Positions 22,579 through 35,386 of a stretch of 64,000 nt of DNA are shown one piece after another; the stretch's first letter is position 1, and the number at the start of each line of letters is the position of its first letter. Origin of the DNA: Calcarisporiella thermophila CBS 279.70 (taxonomy: Eukaryota > Fungi > Calcarisporiellomycota). The translations under genes and the position numbers were made by a program. The stretch lies in assembly GCF_041956535.1 (NCBI RefSeq), contig NW_027192216.1:138274-202273 (forward strand), read 5' to 3'. The notes under the pieces are model-generated. The model saw only the letters and a program-made list of their open reading frames with translations. It did not search any database and was not told where the DNA came from.

Positions 22579-23909
22579 GGCTTGGAGAAGCGGAATTAGA
22601 ACGGGCGAAGTTTATAAGCGCACGAAAGCGTGGAATAGTTACTTGATAATGGGATTGGAGTCTAGGTAGATAGAACGGCGGTCGTAATCGCAAGTGTTTC
22701 CTCTAGATCAATAGACTGGAAATCATATGGGGATTAGGCCAGGCAGGAGGAATAGAGAAGGAATCCAAAATGCGCATTGTACAAAATGTTGTGATGATCT
22801 CAGGGTCCCAAAATTAGCACGGAGAAACACTTACATGGGCTGTTTGCAAGCTTGCTGATCGACAGATAGCGATGATGAGATCCGTGGCACAAATTACACC
22901 CTTAGCAGAGATAATATGGGGGGAAAGAAAATGAAGCCGGCACTTTGGAGTGCTAATCGCATAAAAAAAAGGAACGAGAAGAAAGGTGTAAAAATCCAAA
23001 AAATTCGCGCTAAAAGGGGACATCTGTAATCCAGCCAATAAGGAAAGAGAGCAAATTTGGCTAGGAAGAAAAAAAAACATTAGCAAAGCAGTTGCACTGT
23101 CGCCTTTTGAATAGGAGGCAGAGTGAAAGAAACATGCCCCAGCGGGGGCCGTCCTAGCCTAAAGAGAAGGTATGGCAAGCGGGTGGAAAAGCCACGCCTC
23201 CCCCCTCCCTCCCCCTCACAGCGGGGCACTGGCTCTCCGAGGTGAGGCCCTTCGAGGTGTGGCGCAGCTACACAAACACTCCCCCTGCCTCTATTATCTA
23301 CGGGAGTCAACCTTATCGCGATCGCCTTACAGCTTACACATCTTCGGAGCCGTCTAAAAATGACCGATCAGAGTCCCATCGTCGACGAGAAAAAGGCACA
23401 ACAGGTAAAATCGCCTTTCTTCTGTGCCCATGATGTACTCTGGGAACTAATCCATGTTGGCTACAGTGGGATCGATGCCTGTCAAACTTGATAGTTAAGA
23501 GTGGAATAGGGCTCGGAACCGGAGTGGTTCTTTCAGTTCTTCTTTTCAAGAGTAGGTGACCCGCATTTATTTCATGCGAACTTTTTTCTTACAAAATACT
23601 CGAAATTGTATTAATGTATAGGGAGGGCATGGCCGGTTATGATGTCGACGGGTTTTGGGATGGGATACGCGTATTCTGATTGTCAGGTAAATTAGTTATG
23701 CCCTTGCGTTTTCCCCCGCCCATCACTTACCCCCTCCCCCCCTCCCCTCTTCTCCTAAAATACAGATTTTCCTAAACGCGCAAGCAAACAAATCTTCTAA
23801 ATAAATAATTCAGCGCTCCACTTTCTTTCCTCTGCCTCCTTCCTCTGTCATTGTTTACTCTGGAATTTTAATGCTTCATTATATTAAAAATATACTCCTT
23901 TACAAATTG

Positions 23910-24925
23910 CTAATCATACAATTCTCTGGCTGCCGGTGCTCCGAACATCCACCGCCAACTCTTAGGCGCTCTCCACTCTCTCACCCCTTCCGCTGAGAGC
24001 CCCAGCAGCCTATCTACACACTCTACCATAGCTTTACTGTGTGGAATATTGTCTCCCTCCATTGCAAACATAACGAGCATGGCCGCCTCCACTCCCTGCT
24101 CGGTCGCTTTCTGGAACAGCGTCCTTGAATATCCGCCACCAGCTATTTTGGGAACTCCATCAGCCGGAAGCTCTTCGGGCTGGGAAGGTGTGGGCTCGTC
24201 TTGACCAAACGAGGGCTCCAGTTTTACAAGACCCAATTGCTCTATGCGTTTTTGCAATCCAGAGGAGATATTAGGAGTGCTGAGGACACGGAATGGCTGG
24301 CCCGCGAGTTGCATGTCCCGGCGTAGAGTGGCGTCCGCGCTAGAAAGAATTAAGACATCGGCAAAGCCGTGTGTTTTGATAAATGCAACCAGGTTCGAGG
24401 AGAAGCGCGTCGAGTGATTCTAGCATAGAAAGTCAGGTTAGCTTCAAAAGTGCGGGTATGAATAGGATCGCTTCGTGGAGAGGAAACCTTATGGGGAGGG
24501 GTTCGCTGCTGGATCACCGTATATTTGCCGTCTTTTGTCACAAAAACTATCCAGCCCATCCAACGGGTTAATTAAGTTGAAAGAGTACGCGCGTATTTTC
24601 TCTCGGAATATTTTACCTTCAACAGCGACGGTTATCCCGCGACCATTTTCGTTCGGACCCGCTAATGACACAACATTTGGATCGTCTAGAAAGCCAACAC
24701 GCTCAAGCTCGAGGGTGGTGAGGATAAGATCTACCGTCAGCTGAGGAACATTGCCGATAGACACCACGGGCTAATATATAGGATAGAACATTTAATCATC
24801 GAGAACATGGACTAGCCGCTTAAAAGAAGGCAGAGAAAGAGAGAGAGAGAGAGATTTACAAGAATTAAAATTGTGTTTTTGAGGCGTGAACTGTCGAAAC
24901 CCGACACTGGTACGAAAGTATCCAT
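23910..24925 (-). CDS. PSMG2: Proteasome assembly chaperone 2 (PAC2/PSMG2 family), multi-exon
   Basis: MDTFVP...TILIL|PVVSIGNVPQLTVDL; IQQRTP; GGGYSRTLF; FAMEGDNIPH; WRAPKSWRWMFG...LYD. Confidence 0.92.
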
Positions 24926-26488
24926 GTTTCAATGTGTGAGCGGAAGAATTGGAATAGACAGCGACTTTATCATTCATACAGAGGCTGACGAGTCCAAGAC
25001 GTACGCGTCCAAAGTTTTGATTCGTTTTTATAAATGCGGATTCTATGGATTTTCCAAGCTTCCTTATATAGCTAAATAGATCAGAGTAAAATTTAGCATG
25101 CCTGCCCGAGGGTTCAGCAAAGTTGAGAAAGTCTCGGTGGGAAAATGAACTAATTCGCCACCCATACGCTCGCCAGAGAGTTTGGAAGATGCTCGGCCAC
25201 GAACATCTTCCAAACTGTCCGGCGAGTGTTTAGGCAACAATACGACAGAGCGCAAGAAAAAAGCCAAGGATTACAAGAGCCATTTGCAAAGGACTCATCA
25301 TAAACGCAAGTATGAAGGACAGGCTGCTTAATTTCCTAATGTCCCTAAATTCAAATTAATTTGAGAGATAAATCCAATCTATGCACACTAGATTTACTAA
25401 CGTGAGCGTTTGTTATTTTCAATTCATGAACCTCATGTGGCTTTGCCTTGTCGCATCCACTGTCTTTATGGGAGAGTCCCAATTAGAAAGGTAGCGTCTG
25501 GCGCCATTAAGACCAGATGCTGAGCTGCAGGGGCCGCAAATATCCAAGAGAGAATGAGTCTTCGCAGCCATCCCAAATGCAAAAGGGTTCCAGGTTAAGC
25601 TCTCTGATCCACTCTGCAACTTTTCTGTGGCCCTTTATGCCCATAATAAAGAGAGGCAGATGATGCTGCGTTAGTTGTCTCCGGCTGGCCGCGGAGAATA
25701 TGCACAATAGAAAAAGCATGAGCAGGCATGGTTGTCATATGGATCCTGTATAGCCCTCATTTCTTGAATCTCCAACCAAGTGTGCCGATTTGTTTTGTTG
25801 GGCTCCAGCTCGTCTCCTAAATAAACGAGAGCGCCGCATGATCATTTACCCACCCTCCCTAACAACCCCATGCGCTTCCTCAGCCCGGTTTCTCTGTTTA
25901 TTGCACGCACCGAGTGTCAATTAGGGCCAAATGAAATAGGCGGGGGGGCAGGATTGATTCGCTTTTAGTGGGTGCCAGCATTTCTGCAATGCAGGTGTCA
26001 ATTCAACCTTGTTTTCCCAAGCCTCGTCTCCCAGGCAGATTCTTCTGCCTGGGGGCATTCCAGAAGGCGCTCTAACAAGACCATAGGCTCGAGTGCCTAA
26101 CGGCAATGGGTGGGCCAGGATTGCCATAGTCCTTTCTTGATGAAGGCCATCCCCCGTGTGCATTCTAAGCGAGCGTAGCGCCTATGCAAGGATTTCCCTC
26201 TACCTAGATTGGGGGGGGGTGGGTCTACGCAATGGGGTGACGTCTGAGATTTCGCCTTTTTTCCCAAATATTTGGGGGTTTCAATTTTTCTAGCATATGA
26301 AAAATATAAAGAAATGAACCCTATAATGGATACTGTTGAATACATGTTGTTTTTCTATTAATTTATCATAGCATTTCTTTCTTATTTTCTCTTCATTATT
26401 TCCCTATTTTTGTAAACTGATGAATCACCACACATATACACATTCAGGCCATGCGCCCTCCGATTCGGACAAGAAACCAAGAGAGAAC

Positions 26489-27382
26489 ATGAATTCATTT
26501 CGAAAGTACGAGAAGGAAGATCTCTTCCTGAGAAGCGAGAAAGTGATGTAAGTCAAGCACCCTTCAACCCTCATCCCTCGTTCCCCCCTCCCTCCCCCTC
26601 TCTATTCTTATTTCAAAATAGCCGATGTGCTCACATGTTCTCTCCTCTCCTTTCATAGCGAGGCACGATTCAGCTTCTACACATTCTTCTTAATGCTCAT
26701 AAATCTTTCTTTACACATGTATACCTTTCTAATGCTGTCTATTAACCCTCTGCAAATCACCACTTTCGCACAATTTTTCCATCTCTCTGCCATTTCGCTC
26801 CAGACCGGCTTCATCGTCACCCACCTCAAATCATGGATCTACCTTGAACGATTCGGCGTGATTTATGGACTCCAAATGATCTTGAGTGGATGGACCCTTA
26901 CCTTCTGGGTCTATCCCGCCGCATCTCAGCGGCCCGAGGTCATATGGGCATGTAGGATTGGATTTATTGTGTGGTGGCTCTCGTTGATGGAGAGGCGGGA
27001 TCTCCTCTCCATCGTGGTGTGGGAGTTCCTGACCCGGAGTAGCCTATGCGGGACTCTTCTCTACTACCGTGCGTGGTGTCTGATTGGCGCGGCTGGTGGG
27101 TGGGTTGCTATCTGGGAGTTGATCAAGCATACGGCCAGCTACAGGATGGTGATTGTAGAGGGCCTGCCCAATATCTTGGCCTTTGTGGTATGGAGTATCC
27201 TTGCGGGGCTCTTCCTGACAATATGGTGGTCGTTTTGGACCTTCCAATTCCGCGGTGTGGTGTGGAGGAAGGAGTATCGAGAGGGACTGGTGGTCTGGTT
27301 CAATGATGGCTATCACCAGGCGGCCGAGGTCCGGTCCAGCTATCACCTCTTGAGCAACGGAAGTCACTTCTGGTCATTATAG
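26489..27382 (+). CDS. Multi-pass membrane protein of unknown function, 2 exons
   Basis: Exon 1 MNSFRKYEKEDLFLRSEKVI joins in frame (GTAAGT...CATAG) to a long hydrophobic, Trp-rich exon with about 5-7 TM-like segments. Confidence 0.7.
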
Positions 27383-27773
27383 CACTCCCCTTCTCCTATC
27401 CTCTTCTCCTCTCCTCCCTCCCATCCACCCCTCCCCCCCGATAATTTATTGAATTCTTTTTTCCAACTTGTATATTAAATTCCTGTTTCACCATATGCGC
27501 TATCTTTTTTATTTCCTGCTTCCAGGAGCCCTTAATAAAAGTGAACATAGAGAGAAACCATGCGGAGGGCAGAAATCGGTCTGTTCTCCCGGCCTAGGTT
27601 AGGTTATCGGTGCGGATCACCGATGGAGGAGGAGTGGGGGGGGGGGGAGAAGGGAGAATAAAAAAGAACTCCGCCACCCAAATGAAGCTGAAAATGAATA
27701 AACGGTTTCCCACTCACTCTCAGTCAGACACGAAACGCCATTCACAACAACCCCCCAGTACGCAAATAAATTA

Positions 27774-29138
27774 ATGGAGACTGTCCCGGCTGCATACGAG
27801 AAACCGCTGCCGTCGACCCCTCACATCCATGGCGGACTGGCGAAAACGGTGGGGGCGGGAGCGGTGAGTTGGGATAAAAGCTCGTTTCGCCGCCGATCCG
27901 TCCCCGCCATACGAAGACATAGGTTGAAAAGCGATCCTGCCCGCGCATCGCTCTCTTCGCTCCAGGCGGTGCAAGCAGGGCCGCAGCTAGTTCCATTGAC
28001 GGAATCGAATCTGGTGATGTATCTGAAGAGGGTAGGTTATCGTTGATCCGTAGATTCTTGCCTGCTTGGCATGGGTGGATTGGATCTGGGCACGCGAGCT
28101 GATCTGAGATGATCTTCATAGCTGCCGCCGACACGCGAAACCAAGGCCCAGTTTGTGGTGGATTATGTGGAGAGCCAGCGGCGGCTTGTTGAGCTCGAGG
28201 GTCGTCTACGCAGAGAGACCGAGTTGCAGATGGAGCGGCTGCGCCCGGTGCTGGAGGTCGCCGAGGCGGTGATTCCCGTGTGCGTCAACGGCGCAGACCA
28301 GACCATCTTCGTGCACCCACATACGCGATCCAGCGACTCTCTGAACCGGTATAGGCAATCGGTGTCGCACTATCACCACCACCCCTCAGCCACCCAAGCG
28401 ATGTTGCCACGGCTCTCCGGCCCCAGTAAGGCCGGGGTCTGCCACAGTTCGATGGGCGTGATGGATATGATACGGCGAGCATTTAGGGCCACCACCCGCT
28501 TCATACTGCCCGTGAACCAGCCGAACGCCTCCATGCTGCGTCGCGACGATGGTCCCCCTCCCATTCGACTAGAATCGCACGACGTCTCTCCTCCGTCGCA
28601 GGACCTGCAGCAGCCCTATCTCCGGGACCAGCAGGAGGGCTGCATCTCCAACGGAAATACCCCTCCCCCTCTCCCTCCAACTCCACTGGCCTCCTCCTCC
28701 TCGGCCAAGCCCCATCGCCAGGAGGAAGGCGTAGGCGCATGGCACTGGTGGCTGTGTCCAACCACCGAAGCCCGCTGGTGGTCATGGTGGTGGTTTGGCG
28801 GCAGGCGGAAGGGATGGTGGCGGGAAGGCGAGGACGCGTATGCATTCCGCTACCCCACCATGGTTCGGCTGCCGCCCTCGGCCGCGGATTCCACCTCCAT
28901 GCAGGTGGAGGAGAGGGGGTACGAGGCGGCGGAGGCTGGCGTGAATGAAATGTGTTCGTTGGCTGGAGGGAGACTGCGGCGTGCCTATTCAGAGGGCGAG
29001 GAGGGGAGCAGGGGGGATGGGGGAGAAGAGGAGGACGAGGACGAGGAGGTCGAGGAAGAAGACTTGGAGGCTATTGTTGGCCACATCGTAGTTGGAGGTG
29101 ACGTAAGCGCCGGCGAAAGAAGTGGGGCCAGCTTATAA
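27774..29138 (+). CDS. Hypothetical protein with coiled coil, Trp-rich segment and acidic tail, 2 exons
   Basis: ORF 27774 (…VPLTESNLVMYLKR) splices GTAGGT...CATAG to LPPTRETKAQFVVDYVESQ…; GC-rich coding-like composition. Confidence 0.7.
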
Positions 29139-29731
29139 TCCGGCTTATACCAAGTGCTATACAATATCCAGCCCATGTATTCATGCTGTGTTGTATATTT
29201 AATTACGAAGGAGAAGCATCTGTAGATAGTCCCCAACCCCCTAACTCTGCTTACCTCATGCTTGAACCCTGGATTTTCCCTCTCTCTAGCCCTATTGAGT
29301 CGAAGCGCTCCCATTTGTCCTCCCTGCGGGGTATGACATGCTCTCACTTTCCCCCACTCTCCTGCGGACCTCGAATTTTGCTCTCAGCATTGCGCGCCGG
29401 AAACTCTAACCCGGTGAAACGTTTCATTGCCAATGGCGTGGAGGAGGAGACGCGATTTCCTCCTCCAAGTGTTTCTCCAGATCCTCTTTTCTCTTTTACG
29501 CGTCTTTTGATTGATTGACCCTTCGAGCCCTCCCGCATTTCCTCTCTTCCCCTTGCTCATCCCCTCCGGTTTCTTGCTCTCTGGCGAATGGGGCGTGGCC
29601 TTTCTCTCTAATTTATCCCCAGCTTCCCTTCTCTGTAATATCTTCCCCTCTAATTCCATCATTCCTCCTCTATTTGTGGTTGGTTGGTCGACTAGTCTAA
29701 TGTATATTCTTCCCACTCAAATTCGATTCCC

Positions 29732-30706
29732 ATGATGCACACGCTTCAATGCTATTATTACGAGGCCTCCTCTCGCATCTCATCTGCTACAGCGGCCGCC
29801 TCCGTGCCGTCCGACTCCTCCTGCAGCGATGCCTCGTCGCTGTCCAGCTCCTCATCCGAACTGGATGAGCTGGAGTGCCCCACGCTGGTCACCCCCCATA
29901 CGTGGCATCGTTTCAAACAAACCCACGACGCCTCCCTCCTACTGACCGTGCCGCACGCCTTCTATCTCCCGCGATATCCACCGACCTTTGTGCACGAGTT
30001 TGACCCGGAACAGAAGAGTCGGGTCATGATGTTCCCATACCACAATGACAATGTGTTCAAGCCTGGCGCCGAGATGCCTCTGCCGAACCAGATTCGCCCG
30101 CGGACCCCTCCGCCTCCCTCGACCAGAGCCAGCATGAGGGGAATGGGAAGCGTGAGAAACTTGCGCAGCCTGAGTGACGGCGGCAGTTGCAAGAGTCTCG
30201 TGGGGAAGCACAGTGCGAAATCCAAACCACTCGGCGCCATGGAGAACCAGGTTCGCCGCCAGCGGTCCTTCTCTCTCCCTACGCGCCTCAAGCGCCAGAA
30301 CAGCACGAAGAGTCTGGCGTCGGACGCGCCGACCAGTGGCGGTGGTAATGGGCGAAGAACGGTGTCGCTGCCGACCGTCGTCATGTCCCAGCACCACCAG
30401 TTCCAGGGCCGGCGCCTCCCACCGCCCCCGCCATTGCCTCCTGATTTGGCCGAAGCCGTGGCGAGGCGCATGGTGGAGTGTGGTGGGAGGAGGAACAGAA
30501 GAAGAAGCGTGACGCCAGCGGGGGTTCAGGAGGTTGCCGGTGCGAGAAACACAAGACGACCTCTGCCGCCAAGACCTGCCTCATCGCTAGCAGCATATCA
30601 GCCGCAGACCATGGGGAAGCAGGAGCGGCCGGCGGAGAAAGAAGAGGAGAAGCTTTTGCAGAAAGTGAAGAAATTCCTTGCTCGATTCAAGCTGGGAAGA
30701 AAGTAG
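29732..30706 (+). CDS. Hypothetical intronless Ser/Pro/Arg-rich protein
   Basis: 324-aa ORF after a pyrimidine-rich 5' region; ordered-looking segment TWHRFKQTHDASLLLTVPHAFYLPRYPPTFVHEFDP; RxxS motifs; basic amphipathic C-terminus. Confidence 0.7.
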   Translation: MMHTLQCYYYEASSRISSATAAASVPSDSSCSDASSLSSSSSELDELECPTLVTPHTWHRFKQTHDASLLLTVPHAFYLPRYPPTFVHEFDPEQKSRVMMFPYHNDNVFKPGAEMPLPNQIRPRTPPPPSTRASMRGMGSVRNLRSLSDGGSCKSLVGKHSAKSKPLGAMENQVRRQRSFSLPTRLKRQNSTKSLASDAPTSGGGNGRRTVSLPTVVMSQHHQFQGRRLPPPPPLPPDLAEAVARRMVECGGRRNRRRSVTPAGVQEVAGARNTRRPLPPRPASSLAAYQPQTMGKQERPAEKEEEKLLQKVKKFLARFKLGRK

Positions 30707-31559
30707 GGGCGCCGTACGCGATCGCTCCTGCTGTGTAGTTTTCAGATTCCATCGGGCGTACAGCGTTGCTGTGTGTGTGCGTGTGGGCATTCGGGCGTGT
30801 GTATGTGGGCATTCATCTATCTACGTTTGACTTGGGTTGTATTATTATGTTTATCTTTCTTGGGGATTGATCGGGGGGCCAGGTTGGGGCCCCTGAGTTG
30901 ACTCATCATCGCCATCATCATCCATTCATGGAGTATTAGACCTCTATTGTTTATCATATATTCATGTATTTTGTGTGTGGACATATTTCTATCTTTCTGG
31001 CTGACGCTCCGTCTCCGGCGTGGCCCTATCGTCGGCACCATTCGTCGCACGTCCCCACTCCGTACGATGCCGTGCCGAAGCCGCCCTTGCTTACCTTCCG
31101 CAGTCCGACGGCTCTATAGATAGGCCCTGGCTGGAGAAGTCGGGGAGAAGGGCGGCTTCTCATATGCTTTTCATTCTATGGTTTTTATATGTCATTTGCT
31201 TTTTCCCATGCCTCTACTACATCATCTCTTCCCCTCTTCTGTACTAAGGTTGGACCGCATGGTCAGCTTTGTTTCATTATGGATGAATTTGTTTCATGTC
31301 TTGTCTTTTCTTGTCTTGTCTTGTCTTTTCTCTTAGATATGGTCACCCTGTTTCTACTACTAATTTTCCTTTCTACTGGTGATAACAAAACGTTCATGGT
31401 TGGCGATAATAATAAAAATGCTAGACGCATTTGGACTAAGCGGGGACTTCCATTTCATTGCGTGACCTGCTTTGGCGGAGTGATCGGCTCTATTGTCCCG
31501 ACAAAAAATCTCACACTCTCTGGAGCAGCCCGCATCGTTTTGCCAACTCATTCTCCACC

Positions 31560-32415
31560 ATGACCCAACCGCGCCTTATCGTTATCGCACTCGATCCCGC
31601 CACCGCCGGCTCGCAGAAGGCTTCACAGCACGTGGTGGCGTGGGTGCGCGACAACCTATGCAATCCTGAGCGCGATCATTTTGACTTGGTGTGCGCCCTG
31701 TCGCTCGATTCGGAATTCGACGAGAACGAACTGGGTAGCTCTTCATTTCTAATGATGGCATTGAGATGGGGAGAGAGGGAGAGAAAGGATGAGAGATGGA
31801 AATTAACGATTTCTGTGGTGGATAGATTTGACTTCCGGATGTGATCGCTCCTATCTCCTGGAAATGGAGGAAAAGGTTCGCCCGGGCCACCGCCCCAATT
31901 CTTCGTTCTGAAGCATTAACTCACTCTGTTGGGGATATGATAGATCGTGTCCGAGGCGCAGAATGCCATGGAGCGATATGCCCAGTTCCTGAGACAAGCA
32001 GGCGTACGCATATACTCCACCTGACATAGCATATAGCGCCCCCTGGCTGACGTCCTCCTCTCTTTTTTCTTTTTGCTTTCTTCCCCCCTCTCCCCTCTAC
32101 CTCTGCTCTAGGCCAGAACGGACGTGCATGTTCTCAAGTCGTGGACAGACACGCGCGATCTTATCGCCAACTACGTCGAGAAGTCGAGGGCGGACCTCCT
32201 TGTGATGGGGTCCCGCGACCTGAGCGTGTGGAAAAGGTAGTCCCTAGCGGGCGGACGCAGCGACCCGTGGGAACCAAGAGAGCGAGGAGGACTAATCCGT
32301 GTGCGATAATAGGTACTTTCTCGGCAGCTTTAGCGACTATGTGCAGCACCACTGCCACTGTCCCGTGGTGATCGTCAAGGACACCGAGAAGCGGCGGCCC
32401 TCGCTGGAGGAATGA
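31560..32415 (+). CDS. Universal stress protein (USP domain), multi-exon
   Basis: RLIVIALD at the N-terminus; ADLLVMGSRDLSVWK|RYFLGSFSDYVQHHCHCPVVIVK signature. Confidence 0.9.
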
Positions 32416-32782
32416 CGAAGCGCGGGCCCGAGAGAAGTAGGAGGCGGGCGTAGGCGTAGGCGAGGGCGCGAGGGCGCCGGCGCCCCCTCGATTAGTAGCG
32501 TGTGTTAGGTTAGTTTGCGCGCACTAGGGATTCTGGTGCCGTTGTTCTCCCAAATAAACCATTATTCAGCCCTATTGCCGTTTTTTCCCCCTTTGTGCTC
32601 GGTTGCAATAGCCTTTTTAGCTCACCAACACCAACCAAAAAAAACGTGCATCGATCGACATAATAAAAAAATTGTTTTACTCTAGAGCCCTTTTCTTCAA
32701 CCATTCTTTTTTTTTTCCCTTCTTTCATTTTCATTTGTTTTCTGTTTAAGCTTTCAACCCTAAATCTGTAAATTCTCAGGAG

Positions 32783-34864
32783 ATGGCTTCCACACTCCCC
32801 ATGGTAGCGTCATTACAGTTGCATAGCAACAGCTCCGATCTGGTGGCGTCCACCGGCCCCAATGGCCCCACCAATCCCTCCACGATCAACAGCTCCATCA
32901 ATCCCGCCAATGACGCCGCGGACGACAAGGCCCAGCCCCCGTCGCCCGTCCACAGAAAAAAACGGAATCCGTTTGCGCATCAAGTGGCCGCTGGGGATTT
33001 TGAGCCCGAACGGCACTTCTACCCACGGGTCTTGAACGCCCAGATCCATCCGCTCGTGCAATCATTCTTTCAGCTCGGAAATGAGCGAATCATGGCAAGA
33101 TATGCCCATCTGAATCCCCAGGTGAATTTCGAAAAGCTACGGGAGTGCCTCTCCTATGCCCCCAAGTTTTTCCAGTGGGCCGGTAAGTGTCGCGAGGGCG
33201 TTTCCCATGCCCTCCCGCCTCTATGAGGTGGCCGTGGGGCGGATGGATGGCATTCGCGATGGGAGATCGCAATGGCTAATCGTCTCTCCCTCCCCCTTCT
33301 AGGCTCGGACCTGTTCAATGTTACCACTGCGTCCGGCCGTCGCCAAATGATTATCGTCGAAACCAACTCTTGCCCCTCCGGCCAGAAATCCATGCCGCTT
33401 CTGAGCGAAACCGACGAGCACAACGAACACGGCGGGTACCGCGTCGTCCTTCAAACCGCGTTCAAGGAGCAGATTGACCGTGCCGATCCGTCCCTTGGCG
33501 ACTTGGCCGTCGTCTACGACAAAAACCCTATGGAGGCGTCGGGATACTGCGCGGTGCTGGCGGATATCATGAAGGAGCGCGTTTGGCTGGTGGAGTTCTA
33601 CTCGGATGACGACGATCCCCCCGTGAAGTGGGTGGATGGGGTGATGCATGTGCGCGATGCCAACAAAGGTAAAAAAAAAAATACAAGTCGAATCGACATT
33701 AATCGGACACTAATCCTCCTCATTCTCATCTCTCAATGCCGCGCAATCAGAATGGCATTCGATCCGCGCCTGCTTCCGCTACGTTACACAAATGCCTTGG
33801 TCTCGCTTCCCCGTCCATACCCGCACCATTGTCATGAACCCTATTGTCTCGTGCCTTGCCGGCGGACGCAATAAAATGATGGCCGCCCGCGCCTATGACT
33901 TCTTCAACGCCGAGCTTGTGGCCAGCGGACTTGCGGTGCGGGTGCCGGAGACGATTTACAACGTGACCAAGGAGGAGATCCCGCTGTGGGTCGCGAGCAT
34001 GGGAGGCCACGCCGTCCTCAAGGTCCCCTACAGCAACGCCGGTAAGCTCTTCTCCCGGGAAAAATGCTCAATCCAATCTCTTCTTCTTACCCTCAACCCC
34101 GTCGTGCCCTTTCCTCGTCTCTCCTCTCTTGCTTAGGCCAAGGCGTGTACACCATCACAAATCAGAGCGAGCTGAAGGCCTTTCTGGACAAAGACCACCA
34201 CTACGACAAGTTCATTGTGCAGTCGCTGGTGGGCAACGCCAGCTGGTCCTCCGTGACGCGCGCGGGCAAATTCTATCACGTCGGAACGATCCCGAACAAA
34301 AAGAACAACACGTTCGTGAGCGACCTCAGAATGATGGTCACCGGGAATCGGGAGGGATTCCGGCCGGTGGCCATTTACGCGAGAAGGGCGGAGCAAAAGT
34401 TGCGGGCCAAGCTGGATGACCCCTCTGGTAAGCCTAGTAATTGCTTAGACGGCTGGACATGACCCCCCCCCCCACAAGGAGTATACTCATCTGCGCTTTC
34501 CTGCGTCTAGTCTTGTCCTGGAACATGTTGGGAACCAACCTCAGTGTGAAGACCCCCGATGGCGGCTGGACCACGGACACCTCGAGGCTTATCCTGATGG
34601 ACCGCAAGGATTTCAACCAGCTAGGCATCGGGGTGGATGATCTGATTGACGCCTATGTTCAGACTTGTCTCTCGGTCATCGCCATCGACAAGCTGGCCGA
34701 GCGGCTGGTCACCGAGTCCGAGTGGGAGCACCGGAAATTTGACTATGAACTTTTTAGGGCACTTAACCCTGACGAGGCTCTCCTTAAGGAAATGTCCGAA
34801 GGGAACAAGTGTAAGGTTTTTTTTTTTATTTTTCATTCATCATTCTTACAATGGCTCCTTAGAA
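32783..34864 (+). CDS. Uncharacterised ATP-grasp-fold protein, multi-exon (3' end uncertain; alternative stop at 35037)
   Basis: Spliced product contains [38 protein letters not shown]|[18 protein letters not shown] and GTNLS, matching ATP-grasp motifs. Confidence 0.75.
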
Positions 34865-35386
34865 GTTTTCTTTTTCCCTTAGCCTATATTGTTTATCTTG
34901 TATTAGTGGATCCTGTTAAGGGAGGAGGGAGGGTTACCGGGTTTATCATGGAATTTTTTTTTTGTTCCATCTTCTTTTCTTCTTGGCTGTTTATTTTTTC
35001 ATTACAAAAAAAAGGAAGTTATTTAGATTGGAAATAATCTATTTTTTTTTTTAATTTTGCTTTCAGAATACGCTAGGAATGGAATTCCTTTTTTTTGTGT
35101 GAATGTGTTTTTATTCTCTTATTTTTTTTTATATGTGAAAAAATAATCGGAAAATTGTAGTGCTTATGATTTTCACTCTGTATTGACGTGGTGAATGGGG
35201 AAGAGGAGGGGCAAGAGAGGAAGGGAACACCATGTTTAATATACAAGTAGATGGGGGTAGAGGCTAATTCACTCTTCTGATGGTTCCTATGGTTGGCAGC
35301 AATGTCGGTAGAATGATACAAAAGGCAGCCCTTCAGAGATGGGGAGGAGGGGGGGATTGAAAGTGTGATAAAGACGGCGGAGATCA

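Noticed and set aside
25419-26345. Short minus-strand ORFs between PAC2 and the membrane-protein gene
   Set aside because: No coherent exon chain or homology recognised.
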